NCBI GenBank assembly: GCA_045863395.1 | Contig: BTVJ01000081.1 | Coordinates: 1-33,638 of the forward strand | DNA length: 33,638 nt | Direction: 5' to 3' | Source: Myxococcales bacterium | Lineage (GTDB): Bacteria > Myxococcota_A > UBA9042 > JABWCM01 > BTVJ01 | Shown here: positions 10,597-19,157 of the stretch, one piece after another | Numbering within the stretch: the stretch's first letter is position 1 | How the letters are laid out: every line of letters starts with the position of its first letter | Notes under the pieces: generated by a model | The model's database searches: none | What the model was told of the DNA's origin: nothing | The model's input: only the letters and a program-made list of their open reading frames with translations | Translations under genes and position numbers: made by a program

Positions 10597-12246
10597 TCAG
10601 GGGAGGCCCAGGGACACGTACTTCAGCAGGTGGACGTCCATGGACTGTGGCTCCAGGCCCTGGACGAAGGGCTTGAGGAGGTAGTACCGGACCGGGAAGT
10701 ACAGGGGCGCGAGGATCTGCGCCTCGTCGAGGATCCGCTCGCCTTCCGCGATGAGGGCGTGGCGGCGCCCCGCGTCCGGCTCGGCGGCGATGCGCCCCAG
10801 CAGCGCGTCATACTCGGGGCTCGAGAAGCCCCCGTAGTTGCTGCCGGCTCCCGTGCGGAAGGCGTCGAGCCACAGGGACGGGTCGGGCAGGCCGCACCAG
10901 CCGCCGCGGGCCATCTGGAAGGTCCCCTCCGCGAGGCGGGCCAGGAACGACTTCCACTCCAGGTTCTCCAGCTCGATCTGGACCCCCAGGTTCTCTTTGA
11001 GGCTGCGCTGCAGGAACTCGGCGATGGAGCGGTTGGTGTCGTAGGTGTTGTAGACGTACACGATGGGCGGCAGCCCTGCTCCCTGGGCGTGACCCGCCTC
11101 GGCGAGCAGCGCCCGGGCCCCTTCGGGGTCGTAGCGCACGCCCTCGGGCCCGCGATAGCCCGAGAGGGTCTCGAACAACACCGGAACATAGGTCGAGGCG
11201 GGGGTGTCGCCGCGGCGCAGGACGTGCTTGACCAGGCGGTCCCGGTCGATGGCCATGGCGAAGGCTCTTCGTACCCGGACATCGTCGAAGGGGGCGCGGT
11301 CCAGGCGGAACACCACACCGATGTGGCACAGCATGGGGCCGCTGTGGAGGTCCTGTCGCCCTTCGGAGAGGAGGCGGATCACCTTGTCCGGCGCGACCGT
11401 GTTGAGCCAGTGGATGCGCCCGGACTCGTACCAGCGCATGCTGGTGTCTTCGGTCTCGCTGTGGAGCATCGTCGCCCGAGGGAGGGCGACGTTTGCCCGG
11501 TCCCAGTAGTGCTCGCTGCGCTGGAGGATGATGCGGTCCCGCGGCTTCCACTCCGCGAGGGTGAAGGCGCCGTTGCCCACGATGTGGGCGGGCAGGGTCC
11601 AGCGCTCCCCGTGGGCCTCGACCACGTCCCTGCGGACGGGGAAGAACGGCGGGGTCGCCGTCTGCGCGAGGAAGTAGGGGACCGGGTTCACCAGCCGCAC
11701 CACGAGGGTGTGGTCGTCGGGCGCCTCGACTCCCAGCGTCGCAGGGTCGGTCGCCTTGCCGTCGAGGAGGGCGTCGGCGCCCGCGATCACCCGCATGTCC
11801 TCTGCGTTGGGGCTGTGGGTGGCGGGGTCAACCGTGCGGCGCCACGCGTACACGAAGTCGCCCGCCACCACGGGGCGCCCATCGGACCACCGGGCATAGG
11901 GGCGGAGGCGGAAGGTCCACGTCAGACGATCCTCGCTGGGGATCGGGGGCTCGGCGGCGACCCCGAGGCGCGGGGGACCGTCCCCGGGTGCTGGCACCAG
12001 CAGCCCCTCGAAGACGTTGACGCCGATCCACCAGGCGGACAGGTCGTGGATCTTCGCCGGGTCGAGGGTCTGCGGGTCCACGCCCGACCACACGAGCTCC
12101 GCAGGGATCTCCACAGGCTCGACGGGGCGCGCGGCGTCCCGCACGGGAGGTGCGCTCGAGACCGGTGGTGGAGGCCTGGGCGCCTCGCACCGACACCCGG
12201 CAAACAGCGTCGCGGTCAGCAGGAGGAGGGGGATTCGGCGGTCCAT
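10597..12246 (-). CDS. oppA: Peptide ABC transporter substrate-binding lipoprotein (OppA family)
   Basis: Lipobox LFAGC, DPQTLDP, FEGL, WTFRLR..ARWSDGRPV.AGDFVYAWRR, VGNGAF.L.EW, FDDVRVRRAFAMAIDR, YDPEGARALLAEAG. Confidence 0.92.
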   Translation of the reverse strand: MDRRIPLLLLTATLFAGCRCEAPRPPPPVSSAPPVRDAARPVEPVEIPAELVWSGVDPQTLDPAKIHDLSAWWIGVNVFEGLLVPAPGDGPPRLGVAAEPPIPSEDRLTWTFRLRPYARWSDGRPVVAGDFVYAWRRTVDPATHSPNAEDMRVIAGADALLDGKATDPATLGVEAPDDHTLVVRLVNPVPYFLAQTATPPFFPVRRDVVEAHGERWTLPAHIVGNGAFTLAEWKPRDRIILQRSEHYWDRANVALPRATMLHSETEDTSMRWYESGRIHWLNTVAPDKVIRLLSEGRQDLHSGPMLCHIGVVFRLDRAPFDDVRVRRAFAMAIDRDRLVKHVLRRGDTPASTYVPVLFETLSGYRGPEGVRYDPEGARALLAEAGHAQGAGLPPIVYVYNTYDTNRSIAEFLQRSLKENLGVQIELENLEWKSFLARLAEGTFQMARGGWCGLPDPSLWLDAFRTGAGSNYGGFSSPEYDALLGRIAAEPDAGRRHALIAEGERILDEAQILAPLYFPVRYYLLKPFVQGLEPQSMDVHLLKYVSLGLP

Positions 12247-12345
12247 CGTGGACCGATACTAACAGCGTGCGATCACACCTGTCACGGTCGTCGGGTGACC
12301 TTTGGTGGCCACCGTGGTAGATTCCAGCGGCCTATGGAGGTGCCC

Positions 12346-13626
12346 ATGGAGAACGTGCTGGAGACGCTGGTCGATGTGCGCCAGCGGGCGGAGGACAAGG
12401 AGCTGACCGGCTGCCAGGTGCGGCAGGTCGACATGCGGCCCCTGGACATGAGCGGGTGGCGGTTGCGGGACGTGGTGCTCCGCCAGGTCGGGCTCGGGAG
12501 CGTCAACATGCAGCGGTCCCACCTGCTGGACTGCCGCGTGCAGGACGCGTCCATGCGTGCGGTGGAGCTGGCCGAGTGCCGAATGGCCGGGACCAGCTTC
12601 TTCAACTGCGAGCTCATCGAGGCGCGCATGGGGCGCGTGTCTCTGGTCAACACCAAGTTCTATGACTGCCGCCTGCCCAACGCCCGGCTGGATGGGGCCC
12701 GCCTGATCAGCTGCGTCTTCGACGGCTGCGACATGCGCTACCTGCAGGCGCCAAGGGCCTTTCTGGTCAACTGTGCCTTCGAGGACCGGCGCCTGGGCAA
12801 CATCGACATGAACGGCGCGGATCTCCACGACGCGGTGCTCGTCGACGTGGACCTGCGGGACGCCAACCTCTTCCGAGCCAACCTGTCGGGCGCGCTGCTC
12901 GTGAACGTCGACCTGCGGGGCGCGAACCTGGCGGGCGTCAACGTCACCGGCGCTCACCTCGTCAGCGTCAGGACGGAGCGGGCAGAGATGGACGACGACA
13001 CCAAGGAGCTGTTTGCGGCGCGCGGTCCCGTGGACATCGGAGCCGCGCTGAGCGGGCTCACTCCGGACATGCTCCGGGAGCTGTCGTCGCACCTCATCGG
13101 GACCTACGTGCTCGGCGGGCAGGAGCCGGTGGACACGGCCGGCCCGGCGCCGCGGCCGCCGGCGGGGTTGTCCGGGCTCTCGTTCCAGCAGCTCGTGACG
13201 ACGCTGAAGATGCAGCTCGAGCTGCCGGAGCTGGACCTGTTCAGCGTGAGCGGTCCCGACGTGTTCGTGCGCATCGGCGGGCGAGACGTGCCCCTCTCTG
13301 CCGCGACGGCGGAGCCGCCACCCCGGGAGGTCCCGCAGCGCGCCGCCAGGCCGCCCGCGCCCCGCGAGGAGCGGCCCGAGCCGGCACCGGCGCCAGAGGG
13401 CCGGCGAACCGAGGGGCGCCCGGCCGGCGGTGCGTCGCCATTTGGTCAGTCGCCTTTCGGAGGGTCGACCGGGAGGGAGGCCCCCGCAGAACGCGCCGCG
13501 CGAGAGGCCGCGGATCGTCGATCAGCGAGACAGGAGCCCGAGCCGGCGCCCGCCAGGGCGAAGCGCGCGGAGCCGCCGCCACCGGCATCCAAAGACGACC
13601 GGTTCGGGATGCTCGAGATCGACTGA
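12346..13626 (+). CDS. Pentapeptide-repeat protein with disordered C-terminal region
   Basis: GGAGG RBS at 12336-12340 and ATG at 12346. Repeats such as ADLHD AVLVD VDLRD ANLFR ANLSG. Pro/Ala/Glu/Arg-rich tail ending DDRFGMLEID. Confidence 0.88.
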   Translation: MENVLETLVDVRQRAEDKELTGCQVRQVDMRPLDMSGWRLRDVVLRQVGLGSVNMQRSHLLDCRVQDASMRAVELAECRMAGTSFFNCELIEARMGRVSLVNTKFYDCRLPNARLDGARLISCVFDGCDMRYLQAPRAFLVNCAFEDRRLGNIDMNGADLHDAVLVDVDLRDANLFRANLSGALLVNVDLRGANLAGVNVTGAHLVSVRTERAEMDDDTKELFAARGPVDIGAALSGLTPDMLRELSSHLIGTYVLGGQEPVDTAGPAPRPPAGLSGLSFQQLVTTLKMQLELPELDLFSVSGPDVFVRIGGRDVPLSAATAEPPPREVPQRAARPPAPREERPEPAPAPEGRRTEGRPAGGASPFGQSPFGGSTGREAPAERAAREAADRRSARQEPEPAPARAKRAEPPPPASKDDRFGMLEID

Positions 13627-13653
13627 CGAGCAGAGGGCTCCAAGCCCGGGCGG

Positions 13654-15048
13654 TCAGCCCCGGGGGAGGGGGGCCGGGCGCGCCGCCGCCAGGAGAGCCT
13701 GGAGCTCCTCGTCCGGCAGGTGGGTCACCGGCGTGGCCGGCCGGGACACCAGCGGGGCAGGGGGCTCCGCCTCGGGCTCCTTCATGGCCGTAATGCTGGG
13801 AAGCGTGACCTCCTCGGGCGCCTCGTAGGCCGGCGCTCGCGGTGTCTCCGCATCCCCCGACACATCGACGGAGGGGTCGATGATCGGGACCGGCTGGGTG
13901 TCGCGGAGCCGCACCTCGGGAAGAGGTTCCTTCGGCTTTCCCTTGGATGGGACGTCCACCTCTCCCGAGGACACAGTGACGCCGATGCGCTGACCGGCTC
14001 CCACCCTGCCGGTGGCGGCCGCGGCCGGCGCAGGGGCCTCCGCTGGGGTGGCAGCCTGTGCGGCCTGTGCGGCCTTCGCGGCCTTCGCGGTCTGGGCAGC
14101 GGCCGGCGTGGCCGCTGCGGCCGCGCGCATGGGCCCCGTGTCCACGAGCGACATGGGGTGGGGCTGCGTTCGCTCCGCGACGATGCCCCCGTCCTCGAAC
14201 AGGAAGTCCGAGGTGTCGAGCTCCTCCACCTCGAAGTCGGCGCGCATCGGGCGGGTGGCGCGGGCGTCCGACGGCGCGTCACCCACGACGCGGAGCAGCA
14301 TGACCGTGATGTTGTCCTTGCCCCCGTTCTGGTTCGCGATGCGAACCAGCGCGTGTCCCATGGCCTCGAGGTCGTCCTCGTTGCCTGCGATCACCTCTTG
14401 GATGATCCAGTCGTCCACCAGGTCGCTGAGGCCGTCGGAGCAAAGGAGCCAGATGTCGCCGCGCGACTTGTCCGTGCGCTGGACGTCCGGCTCCACGTAG
14501 TCCTTGAGGCCCACGGCGCGGACGATGACGTTCTTCGACTTGAACGCCTTGATCTCCTCCTCGGTCATGCCGCGGGTGCGGATGTAGTGGTTGAGGAGGG
14601 AGTGGTCTTCCGTGATCTGGGCGATCTGCCCGTTCCTGTAGCGGTAGGCCCGGCTGTCACCCACGTGTGCAATGACGAGGCTCTCGCCCGCGCCGGCGAC
14701 GGCGACCAGCGTCGTCCCCATGTCGTCGTACCGGCGGTCCTTCATGGACTCGATGAACACCCGGTCATTGGCGTACTGGATCGCGTTGGACAGGGCGATC
14801 TCTTCGAAGGTGGTCGCCTTGGACTCGGGGGGGTAGGGCCAGCGGAAGCCGTCTACGCGGCAGGAGGTCGTAAAGAACTCCATGAGGTTCTCGACCGCCA
14901 GGCGGCTGGCCACCTCGCCCGAGGCGTGGCCGCCCATGCCGTCGGCGACGACGAACAGCTCAAAGGCGTCGTCGATGCCGTAGTAGTCCTCGTTGTGGTC
15001 GCGCTTGCACCCGACGTCGGTGACCGCGAAGGACTCGATGCGCAGCAT
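13654..15048 (-). CDS. PP2C/PPM-family Ser/Thr phosphatase (Stp1/IreP-like) with ~200-aa low-complexity tail
   Basis: TDVG.KR.HNED, VVADGMGGHASGEVAS, MGTT, AHVGDSRAY, TEDHSL, LLCSDGL, GGKDNIT. Confidence 0.95.
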   Translation of the reverse strand: MLRIESFAVTDVGCKRDHNEDYYGIDDAFELFVVADGMGGHASGEVASRLAVENLMEFFTTSCRVDGFRWPYPPESKATTFEEIALSNAIQYANDRVFIESMKDRRYDDMGTTLVAVAGAGESLVIAHVGDSRAYRYRNGQIAQITEDHSLLNHYIRTRGMTEEEIKAFKSKNVIVRAVGLKDYVEPDVQRTDKSRGDIWLLCSDGLSDLVDDWIIQEVIAGNEDDLEAMGHALVRIANQNGGKDNITVMLLRVVGDAPSDARATRPMRADFEVEELDTSDFLFEDGGIVAERTQPHPMSLVDTGPMRAAAAATPAAAQTAKAAKAAQAAQAATPAEAPAPAAAATGRVGAGQRIGVTVSSGEVDVPSKGKPKEPLPEVRLRDTQPVPIIDPSVDVSGDAETPRAPAYEAPEEVTLPSITAMKEPEAEPPAPLVSRPATPVTHLPDEELQALLAAARPAPLPRG

Positions 15049-15049
15049 G

Positions 15050-15499
15050 TCAGAACGGCCTCAGCGGTCGGTACGCAGGCGCGTCCGCGGTGATCTGGAT
15101 GGTGTAGTTGGAGCGATCACGCGAGCTTGCGGCCGCTACCTTCACGAAGTTCATGCCCGCGGGGAGGCTCCCCTTCAAGACCATCCTGGAGTTGTCGCTC
15201 TTGCGCTTCTTGTCCTCTGCGATGGGCATGCCGTATCGATCATATAGGCCGATGTTGGCCTCCACGCCGTCGTCCTCGAACACCACGGTCACCGTCACAT
15301 CCGTGGGAGCGTCGATCTTGAAGGTCTTCCAGTCAGTAGCGTCGCCGTTCGGGCCGTCGAAGTCGTCCGTGATCCACAGGTCCAGCTCGACCTCGGTCGC
15401 CTCGTTGCGCCAGGCGTCGGGGCCGGAGCTTGCCTCGGGCCCGGTGGCGCAGCCCGCCAGGATCAGGAGGAGGGAGGCGAGAGCTGCGAGTTCCTTCAT
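15050..15499 (-). CDS. Small lipoprotein with PPC-like beta-sandwich
   Basis: MKELAALASLLLILAGC lipobox. GDATDWKTF..I.LYD..G..I..G..FVKV..YTIQI resembles a pre-peptidase C-terminal fold. Stop lies 1 nt before the phosphatase start. Confidence 0.75.
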   Translation of the reverse strand: MKELAALASLLLILAGCATGPEASSGPDAWRNEATEVELDLWITDDFDGPNGDATDWKTFKIDAPTDVTVTVVFEDDGVEANIGLYDRYGMPIAEDKKRKSDNSRMVLKGSLPAGMNFVKVAAASSRDRSNYTIQITADAPAYRPLRPF

Positions 15500-15576
15500 G
15501 GGCTCTGCAAAGGTTGGCAGCGTTGTGGACCCCGCGGTCGTCGAGCACACCCGAGCGCCCGCGACACGCCGCAACC

Positions 15577-15606
15577 GTGGTAGCACGCGACGCGAAGCAG
15601 TGTCAA
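15577..15606 (-). promoter_or_regulatory. Candidate sigma70 promoter for the lipoprotein-phosphatase operon
   Basis: Minus strand reads TTGACA-N18-TACCAC with an extended TGn, about 80 nt upstream of the 15499 start. Confidence 0.5.
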
Positions 15607-15693
15607 GGCACGCGCCACCGAGCAGCGCTCGTTGCGCACCATCGGCCTGGGCGGGCGGGGATGGCGCGGCGGGCTGTGGCATGGACGGTTCGG

Positions 15694-15729
15694 TTGACGT
15701 CGATCACGCCGCCACTTGACGCTGGTCAA
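15694..15729. promoter_or_regulatory. Pair of FNR/CRP-family boxes (distal)
   Basis: TTGAC-gtcg-ATCAC (15694-15707) and palindromic-arm TTGAC-gctg-GTCAA (15716-15729), 22 bp apart. Confidence 0.6.
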
Positions 15730-16009
15730 GGCGGCTTGCGAGAGATGCAGGCATGCTTCTCGTCGACGCCGCGCTGGGAGGGCCTTGACGGCGGCGCTCT
15801 CTGGAATCCCACCCTGGCTGGCTCGTCGTGAGCCGGTCGAAGCCCCTGCACGCATCCCTGCCAACACATCCTCGCGGTCGGCCCGCTCCGCTCCCGGCTC
15901 GACGCCGGTGAGCGGAGCCGGTCACCGCACGCGCCCTGCTCCCCGCAGGCCCATGCGGGGTGAGGGTTGGCGCCCGAAGCGCATTGTTTCAGGCGCGAGG
16001 ACGCGATAG

Positions 16010-16045
16010 TTGACCTGGATCAATCGGAGTCTTGATCCACACCAA
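16010..16045 (+). promoter_or_regulatory. Pair of FNR-like boxes (proximal to korA)
   Basis: TTGAC-ctgg-ATCAA (16010-16023) and TTGAT-ccac-ACCAA (16032-16045), each one mismatch from TTGAT-N4-ATCAA and 22 bp apart. A -10-like TAGGTT lies at 16068-16073. Confidence 0.7.
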
Positions 16046-16142
16046 GGTCGAGCGAGGCCGCATTCACTAGGTTGCGCACCGTGGGATGGGGACGGTGAAG
16101 CCGCCCCGATCAGAACCCCGCTTCAAGGAGATGATCAGCACC

Positions 16143-18047
16143 ATGAGCGCTCTCAATGCACTGTCGGGCGATCTGGCGTCGGGGAGCCCCAGCGCCGCCG
16201 CACCCAAGGTCAAGGTCGTCAAGCAGCAGATCGTGGAGTTCGTCTCCGACTCGGGTGAGGGTGCCCAGACGGCCGGCCAGCTCTTCGGGACCGTCAGCGC
16301 CAAGATGGGCAACGGCGTCTGGACCGTGGAGATCATCCCTGCGGAGATCGAGCCTCCCGTCCGCTCTCGCGCCGGCGCCAGCGGCAACCGCATCCGCATT
16401 GGCACGGACCCCGTGACCAACACGGGCGATGCCGCAGACGTGGTGGTCGCGTTCAATGAGCAGGTCATCTACAGCCGCATCGACGTGGGGGCCTTCCGGC
16501 AGGGGACGGTGATCTTCCTGGAGAACAAGTGGGCATCCGACCCGCAGCAGGAGATCCGCCAGGCCTACGCCGAGGCGGTCGCGGACTTCGAGGCCCGTGG
16601 CTACGAGGTGCGCGAGGTGCCGATGGAGGCGAAGTGCCTCGAGATAGTGCCCGACCCTCGGCGCGGCAAGAACGTCTGGTGTCTGGGGATGCTGTGCGCC
16701 ATCTACGAGCGGGACCTCGGCGTCGTGCGCGCGGAGATCTCCAAGAAGCTCAAGCGGAAGGGCGACGCCATCGTCGAGCAGAACTTCCGGCTGCTGCAGT
16801 CGGGCTACGACTGGGCCGTCGAGAACGTGCCCTTCCGCTACCGTGTGCCCGTGCGGCAGGCCACCGAGGCGATGGTCGTCATGAACGGCAACCAGGCCGC
16901 GGCGCTCGGCATCATGGCGTCCGGCGCCGAGATGTGCGCCATGTACCCCATCACGCCCGCCACCTCGGCGTCGCACTACCTGGCGAGCATCTTCCACAAG
17001 AGCGGCGGCTTCCTGCACCAGGCGGAGGACGAGATCTCGGCCATCGGGTTTGCCATCGGCGCCTCCTATGCCGGGAAGACCGCGTTCACCATCACCTCCG
17101 GGCCGGGCCTCGCGCTCAAGACCGAGTTCATTGGCCTCGCTGTGATGGCCGAGGTGCCGCTCGTGATCCTCGTGGTGCAGCGCGGCGGACCCTCCACGGG
17201 CCTGCCGACCCGCGTCGAGCAGGGCGACCTGCTGGCGTCCCTGTTCGGGGAGCCCGGCGACGCCCCCAAGATCGTGCTGGCGGCGAGCACCATCGAGGAG
17301 TGCTTTCACTTCATGATCACCGGCCGCAAGCTGGCCGAGGCGTTCCGTGGGCCGGTCATCGTCCTGACGGACGCGAACCTGGCCACCGGGCAGCAGCCCT
17401 TCCCCCGGCCCAAGCCCCTCGACGAGTGGATGGCGCCGCCCATCGACCAGTCGCCCTGGGACTCGACGGTCGCGCCCTACGCATGGGACCCGGACACGGG
17501 CCTCTCGGAGCGGCCGGTGCCCGGGCAGCCCGGCGGGCAGTACGTCCTGACGGGGCTCGCCCACGACGAGCGCTCCAAGGTGGCCTACGACACGGCGATC
17601 AACCAGCGCAGCTCCGAGATGCGGAGCCGCAAGCTGGCGACCCTGCTCAAGACGCTGCGTCCTCCGAAGATCTACGGGGCGGACTCGGGAGACCTCCTGG
17701 TCGTCGGGTGGGGCTCCACCAAGGGCGCCATCGAGGAGGCCGTCGACCGGGTCCGCGCGGACGGCGCCAAGGTGTCGGCCATCCACCTGCGGTTCCTGTC
17801 GCCTCTGGAACCCGGGCTCAAGGAGATCTTCTCTCGGTTCAAGAAGGTCTTCACGGTCGAGATCAACTACAGCGACGACCGCAGCGACGCCCACGTGACC
17901 CCGGAGAACCAGCGGTACGCCCAGCTCGCCTACGTGCTGCGCGCACAGACGCTGGTCGACGTGGACTGCTGGTCCAAGGTGCCCGGCGTGCCGCTGGCGC
18001 CCGCTACCATCGAGAACGAGCTGCGACGCCGCCTGGCGCAGGCGTAG
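16143..18047 (+). CDS. korA: 2-oxoacid:ferredoxin oxidoreductase subunit alpha (fused gamma-alpha type)
   Basis: DSGEG, MNGNQAAALG, YPITPAT, QAEDEISA, TSGPGLALK.E, QRGGPSTGLPT, GWGSTKGAI. AAGGAG at 16125-16130; start could be 16131 or 16143. Confidence 0.93.
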   Translation: MSALNALSGDLASGSPSAAAPKVKVVKQQIVEFVSDSGEGAQTAGQLFGTVSAKMGNGVWTVEIIPAEIEPPVRSRAGASGNRIRIGTDPVTNTGDAADVVVAFNEQVIYSRIDVGAFRQGTVIFLENKWASDPQQEIRQAYAEAVADFEARGYEVREVPMEAKCLEIVPDPRRGKNVWCLGMLCAIYERDLGVVRAEISKKLKRKGDAIVEQNFRLLQSGYDWAVENVPFRYRVPVRQATEAMVVMNGNQAAALGIMASGAEMCAMYPITPATSASHYLASIFHKSGGFLHQAEDEISAIGFAIGASYAGKTAFTITSGPGLALKTEFIGLAVMAEVPLVILVVQRGGPSTGLPTRVEQGDLLASLFGEPGDAPKIVLAASTIEECFHFMITGRKLAEAFRGPVIVLTDANLATGQQPFPRPKPLDEWMAPPIDQSPWDSTVAPYAWDPDTGLSERPVPGQPGGQYVLTGLAHDERSKVAYDTAINQRSSEMRSRKLATLLKTLRPPKIYGADSGDLLVVGWGSTKGAIEEAVDRVRADGAKVSAIHLRFLSPLEPGLKEIFSRFKKVFTVEINYSDDRSDAHVTPENQRYAQLAYVLRAQTLVDVDCWSKVPGVPLAPATIENELRRRLAQA

Positions 18048-18058
18048 AGGAGGACCGC

Positions 18059-19012
18059 ATGTTTGGACTGAAGCAGGACTGGGATCTGGAGAGCAAGTCG
18101 CGGTTCTTCGTGCTCGACGACTACCAGGGCGGTGTGCCCCGGTGGTGCCCCGGGTGCGGTGATCACGGCGTGCTGACCGCCGTGCAGCGCCTGGCCCGGG
18201 ACGAGCAGCTCGAGCCGGAGAAGACCGCCGTGATCAGCGGCATCGGCTGCTCGAGCCGCTTCCCCCACTACATGAAGACCTACGGGTTCCACGGGCTTCA
18301 CGGGCGCGCCCTGCCGGTGGCCTCCGGCGTGCGGTCCCGCCGCCCGGACCTCCACATGTTCGTGGTGACGGGCGACGGGGATTGCACCGCCATCGGCACG
18401 GCCCACTGGATCCACGCGATCCGCTACAACATGAAGATGACCGTGCTGTTGCTCGACAACAACATCTACGGTCTCACCAAGATGCAGACCTCGCCGACCA
18501 CGCCCAAGGGCAAGACGTCGTTCACCCACCCGACGGGGGCGCTGTTGAGCCCGCTCAACCCCCTGACCGTGACCATCGGCATCACCAACGCCTCCTTCGT
18601 CGCGCAGACCGTGGACTGGAACCCGGCGCACATGTTCTCGGTGCTCAAGGCGGCGCATCGCCACCCGGGGCTGGCCTTCGTGCGCGTCCTGCAGCGCTGC
18701 CCTCACTACATGCCCGGGTACTGGGATCCGATCATGCGCGACGCGCAGAAGGTGCTGCTCCTGCAGCACCCGGATGGGATCCAGCTCGATCCGGGCCTGG
18801 AGAAGTCCTTCCCCAACAAGACCGTCCACGATCCCCACGACCGGGGGGCGGCCTTCAAGATGGCGATGCACGACGACGTCGTGCCCATCGGGCTCCTGTT
18901 CCGCGACGACGAAGCGGAGCGCTACGACGAGATGTGCGCTCGCGGGCTCGGGATGGACAACGCCGACAAGATTCGGGCCCTCGATGCGGAGCTGGACCGG
19001 TTCCTGATCTGA
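18059..19012 (+). CDS. korB: 2-oxoacid:ferredoxin oxidoreductase subunit beta (TPP-binding)
   Basis: GAGGAGG RBS. WCPGCGD, SGIGCSSR, HGRALP, GDGD, DNNIYGLTK.Q.SPT and the third cluster Cys (QRCP) are all intact. Confidence 0.94.
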   Translation: MFGLKQDWDLESKSRFFVLDDYQGGVPRWCPGCGDHGVLTAVQRLARDEQLEPEKTAVISGIGCSSRFPHYMKTYGFHGLHGRALPVASGVRSRRPDLHMFVVTGDGDCTAIGTAHWIHAIRYNMKMTVLLLDNNIYGLTKMQTSPTTPKGKTSFTHPTGALLSPLNPLTVTIGITNASFVAQTVDWNPAHMFSVLKAAHRHPGLAFVRVLQRCPHYMPGYWDPIMRDAQKVLLLQHPDGIQLDPGLEKSFPNKTVHDPHDRGAAFKMAMHDDVVPIGLLFRDDEAERYDEMCARGLGMDNADKIRALDAELDRFLI

Positions 19013-19015
19013 ACC

Positions 19016-19041
19016 AGCCGCGCGCAACGAGGCGCGCGGCT
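19016..19041 (+). other. Perfect 10-bp stem-loop just after the korB stop, no U-tract
   Basis: agccgcgcgc-aacgag-gcgcgcggct. Confidence 0.55.
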
Positions 19042-19157
19042 CGATGTGCGCCCACCACGCTCGCCGCGTGGGAGAACGACCCGGGGGCGCGAGTCTGGAG
19101 GCGTCCCGAGGGTGATCCCCGCCTCCGCTCCGCTCCCCTTCCCCAAGGGAGGCCGCC

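Noticed and set aside
10525..12345. N-terminal ~600 aa of the 1033-aa ORF 10525..13626, which looks like a fusion to the pentapeptide protein
   Set aside because: It is the antisense shadow of oppA. A clear RBS and ATG at 12346 mark the real start.
15500..16142. Short ORFs in the divergent intergenic region (15496..15867, 15716..16009 and others)
   Set aside because: No coding hallmarks. The region is better explained by promoters and FNR-like boxes.
16529..18058. N-terminal extension of the 827-aa ORF containing korB
   Set aside because: Alternative-frame overlap with korA, Arg/Gly-rich nonsense. korB starts at 18059 behind GAGGAGG.
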